Origin: Auanema rhodensis
Taxonomy: Eukaryota; Animalia; Nematoda
Direction of reading: 5' to 3'
Length of the DNA stretch: 64,000 bases
NCBI GenBank assembly: GCA_964057225.1
Contig: OZ059895.1
Location: forward strand, 13,082,001-13,146,000
Of the stretch, positions 1 to 11,893 are shown piece after piece. A program made the position numbers and the translations under genes. The notes beneath the pieces are model-generated. The model was not told the DNA's origin. It ran no database searches and saw nothing but the letters and a program-made list of their open reading frames with translations. How positions within the stretch are numbered: position 1 is the first letter of the stretch; every line of letters starts with the position of its first letter.

Positions 1-116
1 TTACGGCACCCGGGTTTCCCAAGCCGTCTCCGATCCAAGTACTAACCGGGCCCAACGTTGCTTGACTTGCCAGATCGGACGGGATGGCGTACTTTCAACG
101 TGGTATGGTCGTAAGC
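1..116 (-). rRNA. 5S rRNA, type B (last 3 nt cut by the window edge)
   Basis: Reverse complement starts GCTTACGACCATACCACGTTGAAAG; A102 variant. Confidence 0.93.
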
Positions 117-481
117 GAAAATACCTGATATTCAATGATTTACATACTTATCCTCGTTATTGTTTTTTTTCCAATTTCATGTTAGTTATGTAATTTTCTA
201 CGTTACATCTAAATCCCTCGATGATATCAAATCTTATGAGATCCAAATACAATAAATTAAAAAGGTTTCACAGTTGTATAGTGTTTAAACAATGTTTGTT
301 TCAATAGGAAATAGATAGAAACAGTAAAGTTAAGATGAAGGTTCATAAACTACTGGTTTATAACTGTAATATAGAAATAAGATTGAAGATATTTTGATGC
401 CTTGGGTTGAGCTATCTAAGTAAAACTGCTGGAAAATTAAAAACATTTGTTACGGAAGAGATAAAATTGAAAATCAGCTGC

Positions 482-510
482 ATTGCGTACTTTCAACGTG
501 GTATGATCGT
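482..510 (-). pseudogene. 29-bp diverged copy of 5S nt 5-33 downstream of the terminator (representative; present in every long unit)
   Basis: Plus strand attgcgtactttcaacgtggtatgatcgt versus gene atggcgtactttcaacgtggtatggtcgt (612-640): 27/29 identical, direct repeat, 130-bp offset. Confidence 0.92.
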
Positions 511-511
511 T

Positions 512-526
512 AAAAAAATTTGAAAA
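512..526 (-). terminator. Pol III terminator (T4 plus backup T7) after 5S (representative)
   Basis: Minus strand reads ...GTAAGC-TTTT-CAAA-TTTTTTT; present in all long units. Confidence 0.85.
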
Positions 527-644
527 GCTTACGGCACCCGGGATTCCCAAGCCGTCTCCGATCCAAGTACTAACCGGGCCCAACGTTGCTTGACTTGCCA
601 GATCGGACGGGATGGCGTACTTTCAACGTGGTATGGTCGTAAGC
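526..644 (-). rRNA. 5S rRNA, type A (reference copy)
   Basis: Minus strand reads GCTTACGACCATACCACGTTGAAAGTACGCCATCCCGTCCGATCTGGCAAGTCAAGCAACGTTGGGCCCGGTTAGTACTTGGATCGGAGACGGCTTGGGAATCCCGGGTGCCGTAAGCT (119 nt). It closely resembles nematode 5S as I recall it, the ends pair as helix I, and TTTT follows. Confidence 0.97.
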
Positions 645-665
645 GAAAATACCTGATATTCAATG

Positions 666-674
666 ATTTACATA
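666..674 (-). promoter_or_regulatory. TATA-like upstream element at -30 to -22 of 5S (representative)
   Basis: Minus strand TATGTAAAT at the position where 5S genes commonly carry an AT-rich element. Position-based inference in an AT-rich spacer. Confidence 0.4.
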
Positions 675-1010
675 CTTATCCTCGTTATTGTTTTTTTTTC
701 AATTTCATGTTAGTTATGTAATTTTCTACGTTACATCTAAATCCCTCGATGATATCAAATCTTATGAGATCCAAATACAATAAATTAAAAAAGGTTTCAC
801 AGTTGTATAGTGTTTAAACAATGTTTGTTTCAATAGGAAATATATAGAAACAGTAAAGTTAAGATGAAGGTTCATAAACTACTGGTTTATAACTGTAATA
901 TAGAAATAAGATTGAAGATATTTTGATGCCTTGGGTTGAGCTATCTAAGTAAAACTGCTGGAATATTAAAAACATTTGTTACGGAAGAGATAAAATTGAA
1001 AATCAGCTGC

Positions 1011-1043
1011 ATGGCGTACTTTCAACGTGGTATGGTCGTAAGC
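1011..1043 (-). pseudogene. Truncated 5S (nt 1-33 only) in a 399-bp short unit (representative of about 48)
   Basis: Spacer ...cagctgc is joined directly to atggcgtactttcaacgtggtatggtcgtaagc. 5' ends at 1043, 1442, 2899, 4355, 4754, 6209, 10835, 13875, 15331, 15730, 17187, 17586, 19043, 19442, 20899, 22355, 22754, 23682, 24610, 25538, 26466, 27394, 29380, 29779, 31235, 32691, 33619, 34546, 36001, 36928, 37855, 38782, 39710, 40637, 41564, 42491, 42890, 43818, 44746, 45145, 45545, 45944, 46872, 47271, 47670, 48598, 59362, 62935. Confidence 0.93.
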
Positions 1044-1852
1044 GAAAAAATCTGATATTCAATGATTTACATACTTATCCTCGTTATTGTTTTTTTTCCA
1101 ATTTCATGTTAGTTATGTAATTTTCTACGTTACATCTAAATTCCTCGATGATATCAAATCTTATGAGCTCCAAATACAATAAATTAAAAAAGGTTTCACA
1201 GTTGTATAGTGTTAAAACAATGTTTGTTTCAATAGGAAATAGATAGAAACAGTAAAGTTAAGATGAAGGTTCATAAACTACTGGTTTATAACTGTAATAT
1301 AGAAATAAGATTGAAGATATTTTGATGCCTTGGGTTGAGCTATCTAAGTAAAACTGCTGGAAAATTAAAAACATTTGTTACTGAAGAGATAAAATTGAAA
1401 ATCAGCTGCATGGCGTACTTTCAACGTGGTATGGTCGTAAGCGAAAATACCTGATATTCAATGATTTACATACTTATCCTCGTTATTGTTTTTTTTCCAA
1501 TTTCATGTTAGTTATGTAATTTTCTACGTTACATCTAAATTCCTCGATGATATCAAATCTTATGAGCTCCAAATACAATAAATTAAAAAAGGTTTCACAG
1601 TTGTATAGTGTTAAAACAATGTTTGTTTCAATAGGAAATAGATAGAAACAGTAAAGTTAAGATGAAGGTTCATAAACTACTGGTTTATAACTGTAATATA
1701 GAAATAAGATTGAAGATATTTTGATGCCTTGGGTTGAGCTATCTAAGTAAAACTGCTGGAAAATTAAAAACATTTGTTACTGAAGAGATAAAATTGAAAA
1801 TCAGCTGCATTGCGTACTTTCAACGTGGTATGATCGTTAAAAAAATTTGAAA

Positions 1853-1971
1853 AGCTTACGGCACCCGGGTTTCCCAAGCCGTCTCCGATCCAAGTACTAA
1901 CCGGGCCCAACGTTGCTTGACTTGCCAGATCGGACGGGATGGCGTACTTTCAACGTGGTATGGTCGTAAGC
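1853..1971 (-). rRNA. 5S rRNA type B
   Basis: Full copy, T102A. Confidence 0.95.
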
Positions 1972-2381
1972 GAAAATACCTGATATTCAATGATTTACAT
2001 ACTTATCCTCGTTATTGTTTTTTTTTCAATTTCATGTTAGTTATGTAATTTTCTACGTTACATCTAAATCCCTCGATGATATCAAATCTTATGAGATCCA
2101 AATACAATAAATTAAAAAAGGTTTCACAGTTGTATAGTGTTTAAACAATGTTTGTTTCAATAGGAAATAGATAGAAACAGTAAAGTTAAGATGAAGGTTC
2201 ATAAACTACTGGTTTATAACTGTAATATAGAAATAAGATTGAAGATATTTTGATGCCTTGGGTTGAGCTATCTAAGTAAAACTGCTGGAAAATTAAAAAC
2301 ATTTGTTACGGAAGAGATAAAATTGAAAATCAGCTGCATTGCGTACTTTCAACGTGGTATGATCGTTAAAAAAATTTGAAA

Positions 2382-2500
2382 AGCTTACGGCACCCGGGAT
2401 TCCCAAGCCGTCTCCGATCCAAGTACTAACCGGGCCCAACGTTGCTTGACTTGCCAGATCGGACGGGATGGCGTACTTTCAACGTGGTATGGTCGTAAGC
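2382..2500 (-). rRNA. 5S rRNA type A
   Basis: Full copy. Confidence 0.95.
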
Positions 2501-3309
2501 GAAAATACCTGATATTCAATGATTTACATACTTATCCTCGTTATTGTTTTTTTTTCAATTTCATGTTAGTTATGTAATTTTCTACGTTACATCTAAATCC
2601 CTCGATGATATCAAATCTTATGAGATCCAAATACAATAAATTAAAAAAGGTTTCACAGTTGTATAGTGTTTAAACAATGTTTGTTTCAATAGGAAATATA
2701 TAGAAACAGTAAAGTTAAGATGAAGGTTCATAAACTACTGGTTTATAACTGTAATATAGAAATAAGATTGAAGATATTTTGATGCCTTGGGTTGAGCTAT
2801 CTAAGTAAAACTGCTGGAAAATTAAAAACATTTGTTACGGAAGAGATAAAATTGAAAATCAGCTGCATGGCGTACTTTCAACGTGGTATGGTCGTAAGCG
2901 AAAAAAACTGATATTCAATGATTTACATACTTATCCTCGTTATTGTTTTTTTTCCAATTTCATGTTAGTTATGTAATTTTCTACGTTACATCTAAATTCC
3001 TCGATGATATCAAATCTTATGAGCTCCAAATACAATAAATTAAAAAAGGTTTCACAGTTGTATAGTGTTAAAACAATGTTTGTTTCAATAGGAAATAGAT
3101 AGAAACAGTAAAGTTAAGATGAAGGTTCATAAACTACTGGTTTATAACTGTAATATAGAAATAAGATTGAAGATATTTTGATGCCTTGGGTTGAGCTATC
3201 TAAGTAAAACTGCTGGAAAATTAAAAACATTTGTTACTGAAGAGATAAAATTGAAAATCAGCTGCATTGCGTACTTTCAATGTGGTATGATCGTTAAAAA
3301 AATTTGAAA

Positions 3310-3428
3310 AGCTTACGGCAGGCGGGATTCCCAAGCCGTCTCCGATCCAAGTACTAACCGGGCCCAACGTTGCTTGACTTGCCAGATCGGACGGGATGGC
3401 GTACTTTCAACGTGGTATTTTCGTAAGC
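3310..3428 (-). rRNA. 5S rRNA type C with extra CC9-10AA change
   Basis: Full-length, GG107-108CC plus a private double substitution. Confidence 0.85.
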
Positions 3429-3838
3429 GAAAATACCTGATATTCAATGATTTACATACTTATCCTCGTTATTGTTTTTTTTCCAATTTCATGTTAGTTA
3501 TGTAATTTTCTACGTTACATCTAAATTCCTCGATGATATCAAATCTTATGAGCTCCAAATACAATAAATTAAAAAAGGTTTCACAGTTGTATAGTGTTAA
3601 AACAATGTTTGTTTCAATAGGAAATAGATAGAAACAGTAAAGTTAAGATGAAGGTTCATAAACTACTGGTTTATAACTGTAATATAGAAATAAGATTGAA
3701 GATATTTTGATGCCTTGGGTCGAGCTATCTAAGTAAAACTGCTGGAAAATTAAAAACATTTGTTACGGAAGAGATAAAATTGAAAATCAGCTGCATTGAG
3801 TACTTTCAATGTGGTATGATCGTTAAAAAAATTTGAAA

Positions 3839-3957
3839 AGCTTACGGCAGGCGGGATTCCCAAGCCGTCTCCGATCCAAGTACTAACCGGGCCCAACGTT
3901 GCTTGACTTGCCAGATCGGACGGGATGGCGTACTTTCAACGTGGTATGGTCGTAAGC
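3839..3957 (-). rRNA. 5S rRNA type C
   Basis: Full-length, GG107-108CC. Confidence 0.9.
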
Positions 3958-5163
3958 GAAAATACCTGATATTCAATGATTTACATACTTATCCTCGTTA
4001 TTGTTTTTTTTCCAATTTCATGTTAGTTATGTAATTTTCTACGTTACATCTAAATCCCTCGATGATATCAAATCTTATGAGATCCAAATACAATAAATTA
4101 AAAAGGTTTCACAGTTGTATAGTGTTTAAACAATGTTTGTTTCAATAGGAAATAGATAGAAACAGTAAAGTTAAGATGAAGGTTCATAAACTACTGGTTT
4201 ATAACTGTAATATAGAAATAAGATTGAAGATATTTTGATGCCTTGGGTTGAGCTATCTAAGTAAAACTGCTGGAAAATTAAAAACATTTGTTACGGAAGA
4301 GATAAAATTGAAAATCAGCTGCATGGCGTACTTTCAACGTGGTATGGTCGTAAGCGAAAAAATCTGATATTCAATGATTTACATACTTATCCTCGTTATT
4401 GTTTTTTTTCCAATTTCATGTTAGTTATGTAATTTTCTACGTTACATCTAAATTCCTCGATGATATCAAATCTTATGAGCTCCAAATACAATAAATTAAA
4501 AAAGGTTTCACAGTTGTATAGTGTTAAAACAATGTTTGTTTCAATAGGAAATAGATAGAAACAGTAAAGTTAAGATGAAGGTTCATAAACTACTGGTTTA
4601 TAACTGTAATATAGAAATAAGATTGAAGATATTTTGATGCCTTGGGTTGAGCTATCTAAGTAAAACTGCTGGAAAATTAAAAACATTTGTTACTGAAGAG
4701 ATAAAATTGAAAATCAGCTGCATGGCGTACTTTCAACGTGGTATGGTCGTAAGCGAAAAAATCTGATATTCAATGATTTACATACTTATCCTCGTTATTG
4801 TTTTTTTCCAATTTCATGTTAGTTATGTAATTTTCTACGTTACATCTAAATTGCTCGATGATATCAAATCTTATGAGCTCCAAATACAATAAATTAAAAA
4901 AGGTTACACAGTTGTATAGTGTTAAAACAATGTTTGTCTCAATAGGAAATAGATAGAAACAGTAAAGTTAAGATGAAGGTTCATAAACTACTGGTTTATA
5001 ACTGTAATATAGAAATAAGATTGAAGATATTTTGATGCCTTGGGTTGAGCTATCTAAGTAAAACTGCTGGAAAATTAAAAACATTTGTTACGGAAGAGAT
5101 AAAATTGAAAATCAGCTGCATTGCGTACTTTCAACGTGGTATGATCGTTAAAAAAATTTGAAA

Positions 5164-5282
5164 AGCTTACGGCACCCGGGATTCCCAAGCCGTCTCCGAT
5201 CCAAGTACTAACCGGGCCCAACGTTGCTTGACTTGCCAGATCGGACGGGATGGCGTACTTTCAACGTGGTATGGTCGTAAGC
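5164..5282 (-). rRNA. 5S rRNA type A
   Basis: Full copy. Confidence 0.95.
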
Positions 5283-5691
5283 GAAAATACCTGATATTCA
5301 ATGATTTACATACTTATCCTCGTTATTGTTTTTTTTCCAATTTCATGTTAGTTATGTAATTTTCTACGTTACATCTAAATCCCTCGATGATATCAAATCT
5401 TATGAGATCCAAATACAATAAATTAAAAAGGTTTCACAGTTGTATAGTGTTTAAACAATGTTTGTTTCAATAGGAAATAGATAGAAACAGTAAAGTTAAG
5501 ATGAAGGTTCATAAACTACTGGTTTATAACTGTAATATAGAAATAAGATTGAAGATATTTTGATGCCTTGGGTTGAGCTATCTAAGTAAAACTGCTGGAA
5601 AATTAAAAACATTTGTTACGGAAGAGATAAAATTGAAAATCAGCTGCATTGCGTACTTTCAACGTGGTATGATCGTTAAAAAAATTTGAAA

Positions 5692-5810
5692 AGCTTACGG
5701 CACCCGGGATTCCCAAGCCGTCTCCGATCCAAGTACTAACCGGGCCCAACGTTGCTTGACTTGCCAGATCGGACGGGATGGCGTACTTTCAACGTGGTAT
5801 GGTCGTAAGC
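5692..5810 (-). rRNA. 5S rRNA type A
   Basis: Full copy. Confidence 0.95.
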
Positions 5811-6618
5811 GAAAATACCTGATATTCAATGATTTACATACTTATCCTCGTTATTGTTTTTTTTTCAATTTCATGTTAGTTATGTAATTTTCTACGTTAC
5901 ATCTAAATCCCTCGATGATATCAAATCTTATGAGATCCAAATACAATAAATTGAAAAAGGTTTCACAGTTGTATAGTGTTTAAACAATGTTTGTTTCAAT
6001 AGGAAATAGATAGAAACAGTAAAGTTAAGATGAAGGTTCATAAACTACTGGTTTATAACTGTAATATAGAAATAAGATTGAAGATATTTTGATGCCTTGG
6101 GTTGAGCTATCTAAGTAAAACTGCTGGAAAATTAAAAACATTTGTTACGGAAGAGATAAAATTGAAAATCAGCTGCATGGCGTACTTTCAACGTGGTATG
6201 GTCGTAAGCGAAAAAATCTGATATTCAATGATTTACATACTTATCCTCGTTATTGTTTTTTTCCAATTTCATGTTAGTTATGTAATTTTCTACGTTACAT
6301 CTAAATTCCTCGATGATATCAAATCTTATGAGCTCCAAATACAATAAATTAAAAAAGGTTACACAGTTGTATAGTGTTAAAACAATGTTTGTCTCAATAG
6401 GAAATAGATAGAAACAGTAAAGTTAAGATGAAGGTTCATAAACTACTGGTTTATAACTGTAATATAGAAATAAGATTGAAGATATTTTGATGCCTTGGGT
6501 TGAGCTATCTAAGTAAAACTGCTGGAAAATTAAAAACATTTGTTACGGAAGAGATAAAATTGAAAATCAGCTGCATTGCGTACTTTCAACGTGGTATGAT
6601 CGTTAAAAAAATTTGAAA

Positions 6619-6737
6619 AGCTTACGGCACCCGGGATTCCCAAGCCGTCTCCGATCCAAGTACTAACCGGGCCCAACGTTGCTTGACTTGCCAGATCGGA
6701 CGGGATGGCGTACTTTCAACGTGGTATGGTCGTAAGC
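6619..6737 (-). rRNA. 5S rRNA type A
   Basis: Full copy. Confidence 0.95.
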
Positions 6738-7147
6738 GAAAATACCTGATATTCAATGATTTACATACTTATCCTCGTTATTGTTTTTTTTTCAATTTCA
6801 TGTTAGTTATGTAATTTTCTACGTTACATCTAAATCCCTCGATGATATCAAATCTTATGAGCTCCAAATACAATAAATTAAAAAAGGTTTCACAGTTGTA
6901 TAGTGTTAAAACAATGTTTGTTTCAATAGGAAATAGATAGAAACAGTAAAGTTAAGATGAAGGTTCATAAACTACTGGTTTATAACTGTAATATAGAAAT
7001 AAGATTGAAGATATTTTGATGCCTTGGGTTGAGCTATCTAAGTAAAACTGCTGGAAAATTAAAAACATTTGTTACGGAAGAGATAAAATTGAAAATCAGC
7101 TGCATTGCGTACTTTCAACGTGGTATGATCGTTAAAAAAATTTGAAA

Positions 7148-7266
7148 AGCTTACGGCACCCGGGATTCCCAAGCCGTCTCCGATCCAAGTACTAACCGGG
7201 CCCAACGTTGCTTGACTTGCCAGATCGGACGGGATGGCGTACTTTCAACGTGGTATGGTCGTAAGC
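7148..7266 (-). rRNA. 5S rRNA type A
   Basis: Full copy. Confidence 0.95.
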
Positions 7267-7675
7267 GAAAATACCTGATATTCAATGATTTACATACTTA
7301 TCCTCGTTATTGTTTTTTTTCCAATTTCATGTTAGTTATGTAATTTTCTACGTTACATCTAAATCCCTCGATGATATCAAATCTTATGAGATCCAAATAC
7401 AATAAATTAAAAAGGTTTCACAGTTGTATAGTGTTTAAACAATGTTTGTTTCAATAGGAAATAGATAGAAACAGTAAAGTTAAGATGAAGGTTCATAAAC
7501 TACTGGTTTATAACTGTAATATAGAAATAAGATTGAAGATATTTTGATGCCTTGGGTTGAGCTATCTAAGTAAAACTGCTGGAAAATTAAAAACATTTGT
7601 TACGGAAGAGATAAAATTGAAAATCAGCTGCATTGCGTACTTTCAACGTGGTATGATCGTTAAAAAAATTTGAAA

Positions 7676-7794
7676 AGCTTACGGCACCCGGGATTCCCAA
7701 GCCGTCTCCGATCCAAGTACTAACCGGGCCCAACGTTGCTTGACTTGCCAGATCGGACGGGATGGCGTACTTTCAACGTGGTATGGTCGTAAGC
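7676..7794 (-). rRNA. 5S rRNA type A
   Basis: Full copy. Confidence 0.95.
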
Positions 7795-8203
7795 GAAAAT
7801 ACCTGATATTCAATGATTTACATACTTATCCTCGTTATTGTTTTTTTTCCAATTTCATGTTAGTTATGTAATTTTCTACGTTACATCTAAATCCCTCGAT
7901 GATATCAAATCTTATGAGATCCAAATACAATAAATTAAAAAGGTTTCACAGTTGTATAGTGTTTAAACAATGTTTGTTTCAATAGGAAATAGATAGAAAC
8001 AGTAAAGTTAAGATGAAGGTTCATAAACTACTGGTTTATAACTGTAATATAGAAATAAGATTGAAGATATTTTGATGCCTTGGGTTGAGCTATCTAAGTA
8101 AAACTGCTGGAAAATTAAAAACATTTGTTACGGAAGAGATAAAATTGAAAATCAGCTGCATTGCGTACTTTCAACGTGGTATGATCGTTAAAAAAATTTG
8201 AAA

Positions 8204-8322
8204 AGCTTACGGCACCCGGGATTCCCAAGCCGTCTCCGATCCAAGTACTAACCGGGCCCAACGTTGCTTGACTTGCCAGATCGGACGGGATGGCGTACTT
8301 TCAACGTGGTATGGTCGTAAGC
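8204..8322 (-). rRNA. 5S rRNA type A
   Basis: Full copy. Confidence 0.95.
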
Positions 8323-8732
8323 GAAAATACCTGATATTCAATGATTTACATACTTATCCTCGTTATTGTTTTTTTTTCAATTTCATGTTAGTTATGTAAT
8401 TTTCTACGTTACATCTAAATCCCTCGATGATATCAAATCTTATGAGCTCCAAATACAATAAATTAAAAAAGGTTTCACAGTTGTATAGTGTTAAAACAAT
8501 GTTTGTTTCAATAGGAAATAGATAGAAACAGTAAAGTTAAGATGAAGGTTCATAAACTACTGGTTTATAACTGTAATATAGAAATAAGATTGAAGATATT
8601 TTGATGCCTTGGGTTGAGCTATCTAAGTAAAACTGCTGGAAAATTAAAAACATTTGTTACGGAAGAGATAAAATTGAAAATCAGCTGCATTGCGTACTTT
8701 CAACGTGGTATGATCGTTAAAAAAATTTGAAA

Positions 8733-8851
8733 AGCTTACGGCACCCGGGATTCCCAAGCCGTCTCCGATCCAAGTACTAACCGGGCCCAACGTTGCTTGA
8801 CTTGCCAGATCGGACGGGATGGCGTACTTTCAACGTGGTATGGTCGTAAGC
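8733..8851 (-). rRNA. 5S rRNA type A
   Basis: Full copy. Confidence 0.95.
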
Positions 8852-9260
8852 GAAAATACCTGATATTCAATGATTTACATACTTATCCTCGTTATTGTTT
8901 TTTTTCCAATTTCATGTTAGTTATGTAATTTTCTACGTTACATCTAAATCCCTCGATGATATCAAATCTTATGAGATCCAAATACAATAAATTAAAAAGG
9001 TTTCACAGTTGTATAGTGTTTAAACAATGTTTGTTTCAATAGGAAATAGATAGAAACAGTAAAGTTAAGATGAAGGTTCATAAACTACTGGTTTATAACT
9101 GTAATATAGAAATAAGATTGAAGATATTTTGATGCCTTGGGTTGAGCTATCTAAGTAAAACTGCTGGAAAATTAAAAACATTTGTTACGGAAGAGATAAA
9201 ATTGAAAATCAGCTGCATTGCGTACTTTCAACGTGGTATGATCGTTAAAAAAATTTGAAA

Positions 9261-9379
9261 AGCTTACGGCACCCGGGATTCCCAAGCCGTCTCCGATCCA
9301 AGTACTAACCGGGCCCAACGTTGCTTGACTTGCCAGATCGGACGGGATGGCGTACTTTCAACGTGGTATGGTCGTAAGC
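9261..9379 (-). rRNA. 5S rRNA type A
   Basis: Full copy. Confidence 0.95.
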
Positions 9380-9789
9380 GAAAATACCTGATATTCAATG
9401 ATTTACATACTTATCCTCGTTATTGTTTTTTTTTCAATTTCATGTTAGTTATGTAATTTTCTACGTTACATCTAAATCCCTCGATGATATCAAATCTTAT
9501 GAGATCCAAATACAATAAATTAAAAAAGGTTTCACAGTTGTATAGTGTTTAAACAATGTTTGTTTTAATAGGAAATATATAGAAACAGTAAAGTTAAGAT
9601 GAAGGTTCATAAACTACTGGTTTATAACTGTAATATAGAAATAAGATTGAAGATATTTTGATGCCTTGGGTTGAGCTATCTAAGTAAAACTGCTGGAAAA
9701 TTAAAAACATTTGTTACGGAAGAGATAAAATTGAAAATCAGCTGCATTGCGTACTTTCAACGTGGTATGATCGTTAAAAAAATTTGAAA

Positions 9790-9908
9790 AGCTTACGGCA
9801 CCCGGGATTCCCAAGCCGTCTCCGATCCAAGTACTAACCGGGCCCAACGTTGCTTGACTTGCCAGATCGGACGGGATGGCGTACTTTCAACGTGGTATGG
9901 TCGTAAGC
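9790..9908 (-). rRNA. 5S rRNA type A
   Basis: Full copy. Confidence 0.95.
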
Positions 9909-10317
9909 GAAAATACCTGATATTCAATGATTTACATACTTATCCTCGTTATTGTTTTTTTTCCAATTTCATGTTAGTTATGTAATTTTCTACGTTACAT
10001 CTAAATCCCTCGATGATATCAAATCTTATGAGATCCAAATACAATAAATTAAAAAGGTTTCACAGTTGTATAGTGTTTAAACAATGTTTGTTTCAATAGG
10101 AAATAGATAGAAACAGTAAAGTTAAGATGAAGGTTCATAAACTACTGGTTTATAACTGTAATATAGAAATAAGATTGAAGATATTTTGATGCCTTGGGTT
10201 GAGCTATCTAAGTAAAACTGCTGGAAAATTAAAAACATTTGTTACGGAAGAGATAAAATTGAAAATCAGCTGCATTGCGTACTTTCAACGTGGTATGATC
10301 GTTAAAAAAATTTGAAA

Positions 10318-10436
10318 AGCTTACGGCACCCGGGATTCCCAAGCCGTCTCCGATCCAAGTACTAACCGGGCCCAACGTTGCTTGACTTGCCAGATCGGAC
10401 GGGATGGCGTACTTTCAACGTGGTATGGTCGTAAGC
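10318..10436 (-). rRNA. 5S rRNA type A
   Basis: Full copy. Confidence 0.95.
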
Positions 10437-11245
10437 GAAAATACCTGATATTCAATGATTTACATACTTATCCTCGTTATTGTTTTTTTTTCAATTTCAT
10501 GTTAGTTATGTAATTTTCTACGTTACATCTAAATCCCTCGATGATATCAAATCTTATGAGATCCAAATACAATAAATTAAAAAAGGTTTCACAGTTGTAT
10601 AGTGTTTAAACAATGTTTGTTTTAATAGGAAATATATAGAAACAGTAAAGTTAAGATGAAGGTTCATAAACTACTGGTTTATAACTGTAATATAGAAATA
10701 AGATTGAAGATATTTTGATGCCTTGGGTTGAGCTATCTAAGTAAAACTGCTGGAAAATTAAAAACATTTGTTACGGAAGAGATAAAATTGAAAATCAGCT
10801 GCATGGCGTACTTTCAACGTGGTATGGTCGTAAGCGAAAAAATCTGATATTCAATGATTTACATACTTATCCTCGTTATTGTTTTTTTTCCAATTTCATG
10901 TTAGTTATGTAATTTTCTACGTTACATCTAAATTCCTCGATGATATCAAATCTTATGAGCTCCAAATACAATAAATTAAAAAAGGTTTCACAGTTGTATA
11001 GTGTTAAAACAATGTTTGTTTCAATAGGAAATAGATAGAAACAGTAAAGTTAAGATGAAGGTTCATAAACTACTGGTTTATAACTGTAATATAGAAATAA
11101 GATTGAAGATATTTTGATGCCTTGGGTTGAGCTATCTAAGTAAAACTGCTGGAAAATTAAAAACATTTGTTACTGAAGAGATAAAATTGAAAATCAGCTG
11201 CATTGCTTACTTTTAACGTGGTATGATCGTTAAAAAAATTTGAAA

Positions 11246-11364
11246 AGCTTACGGCACCCGGGTTTCCCAAGCCGTCTCCGATCCAAGTACTAACCGGGCC
11301 CAACGTTGCTTGACTTGCCAGATCGGACGGGATGGCGTACTTTCAACGTGGTATGGTCGTAAGC
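11246..11364 (-). rRNA. 5S rRNA type B
   Basis: Full copy, T102A. Confidence 0.95.
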
Positions 11365-11774
11365 GAAAATACCTGATATTCAATGATTTACATACTTATC
11401 CTCGTTATTGTTTTTTTTCCAATTTCATGTTAGTTATGTAATTTTCTACGTTACATCTAAATCCCTCGATGATATCAAATCTTATGAGATCCAAATACAA
11501 CAAATTAAAAAAGGTTTCACAGTTGTATAGTGTTTAAACAATGTTTGTTTCAATAGGAAATAGATAGAAACAGTAAAGTTAAGATGAAGGTTCATAAACT
11601 ACTGGTTTATAACTGTAATATAGAAATAAGATTGAAGATATTTTGATGCTTTGGGTTGAGCTATCTAAGTAAAACTGCTGGAAAATTAAAAACATTTGTT
11701 ACGGAAGAGATAAAATTGAAAATCAGCTGCATTGAGTACTTTCAATGTGGTATGATCGTTAAAAAAATTTGAAA

Positions 11775-11893
11775 AGCTTACGGCAGGCGGGATTCCCAAG
11801 CCGTCTCCGATCCAAGTACTAACCGGGCCCAACGTTGCTTGACTTGCCAGATCGGACGGGATGGCGTACTTTCAACGTGGTATGGTCGTAAGC
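11775..11893 (-). rRNA. 5S rRNA type C
   Basis: Full-length, GG107-108CC. Confidence 0.9.

Noticed and set aside
188-361. Short inverted repeats in the spacer (atgtaa/ttacat, aaaca/tgttt, ataaac/gtttat)
   Set aside because: 5-6 bp AT-rich stems are expected by chance in this composition; no support for an ncRNA.
390-415. Minus-strand CAACCCAAG resembling the SL1 core ACCCAAG
   Set aside because: Only 7 nt match; lacks the GGTTTAATT start, the TTTGAG|GT donor and a properly placed Sm site.
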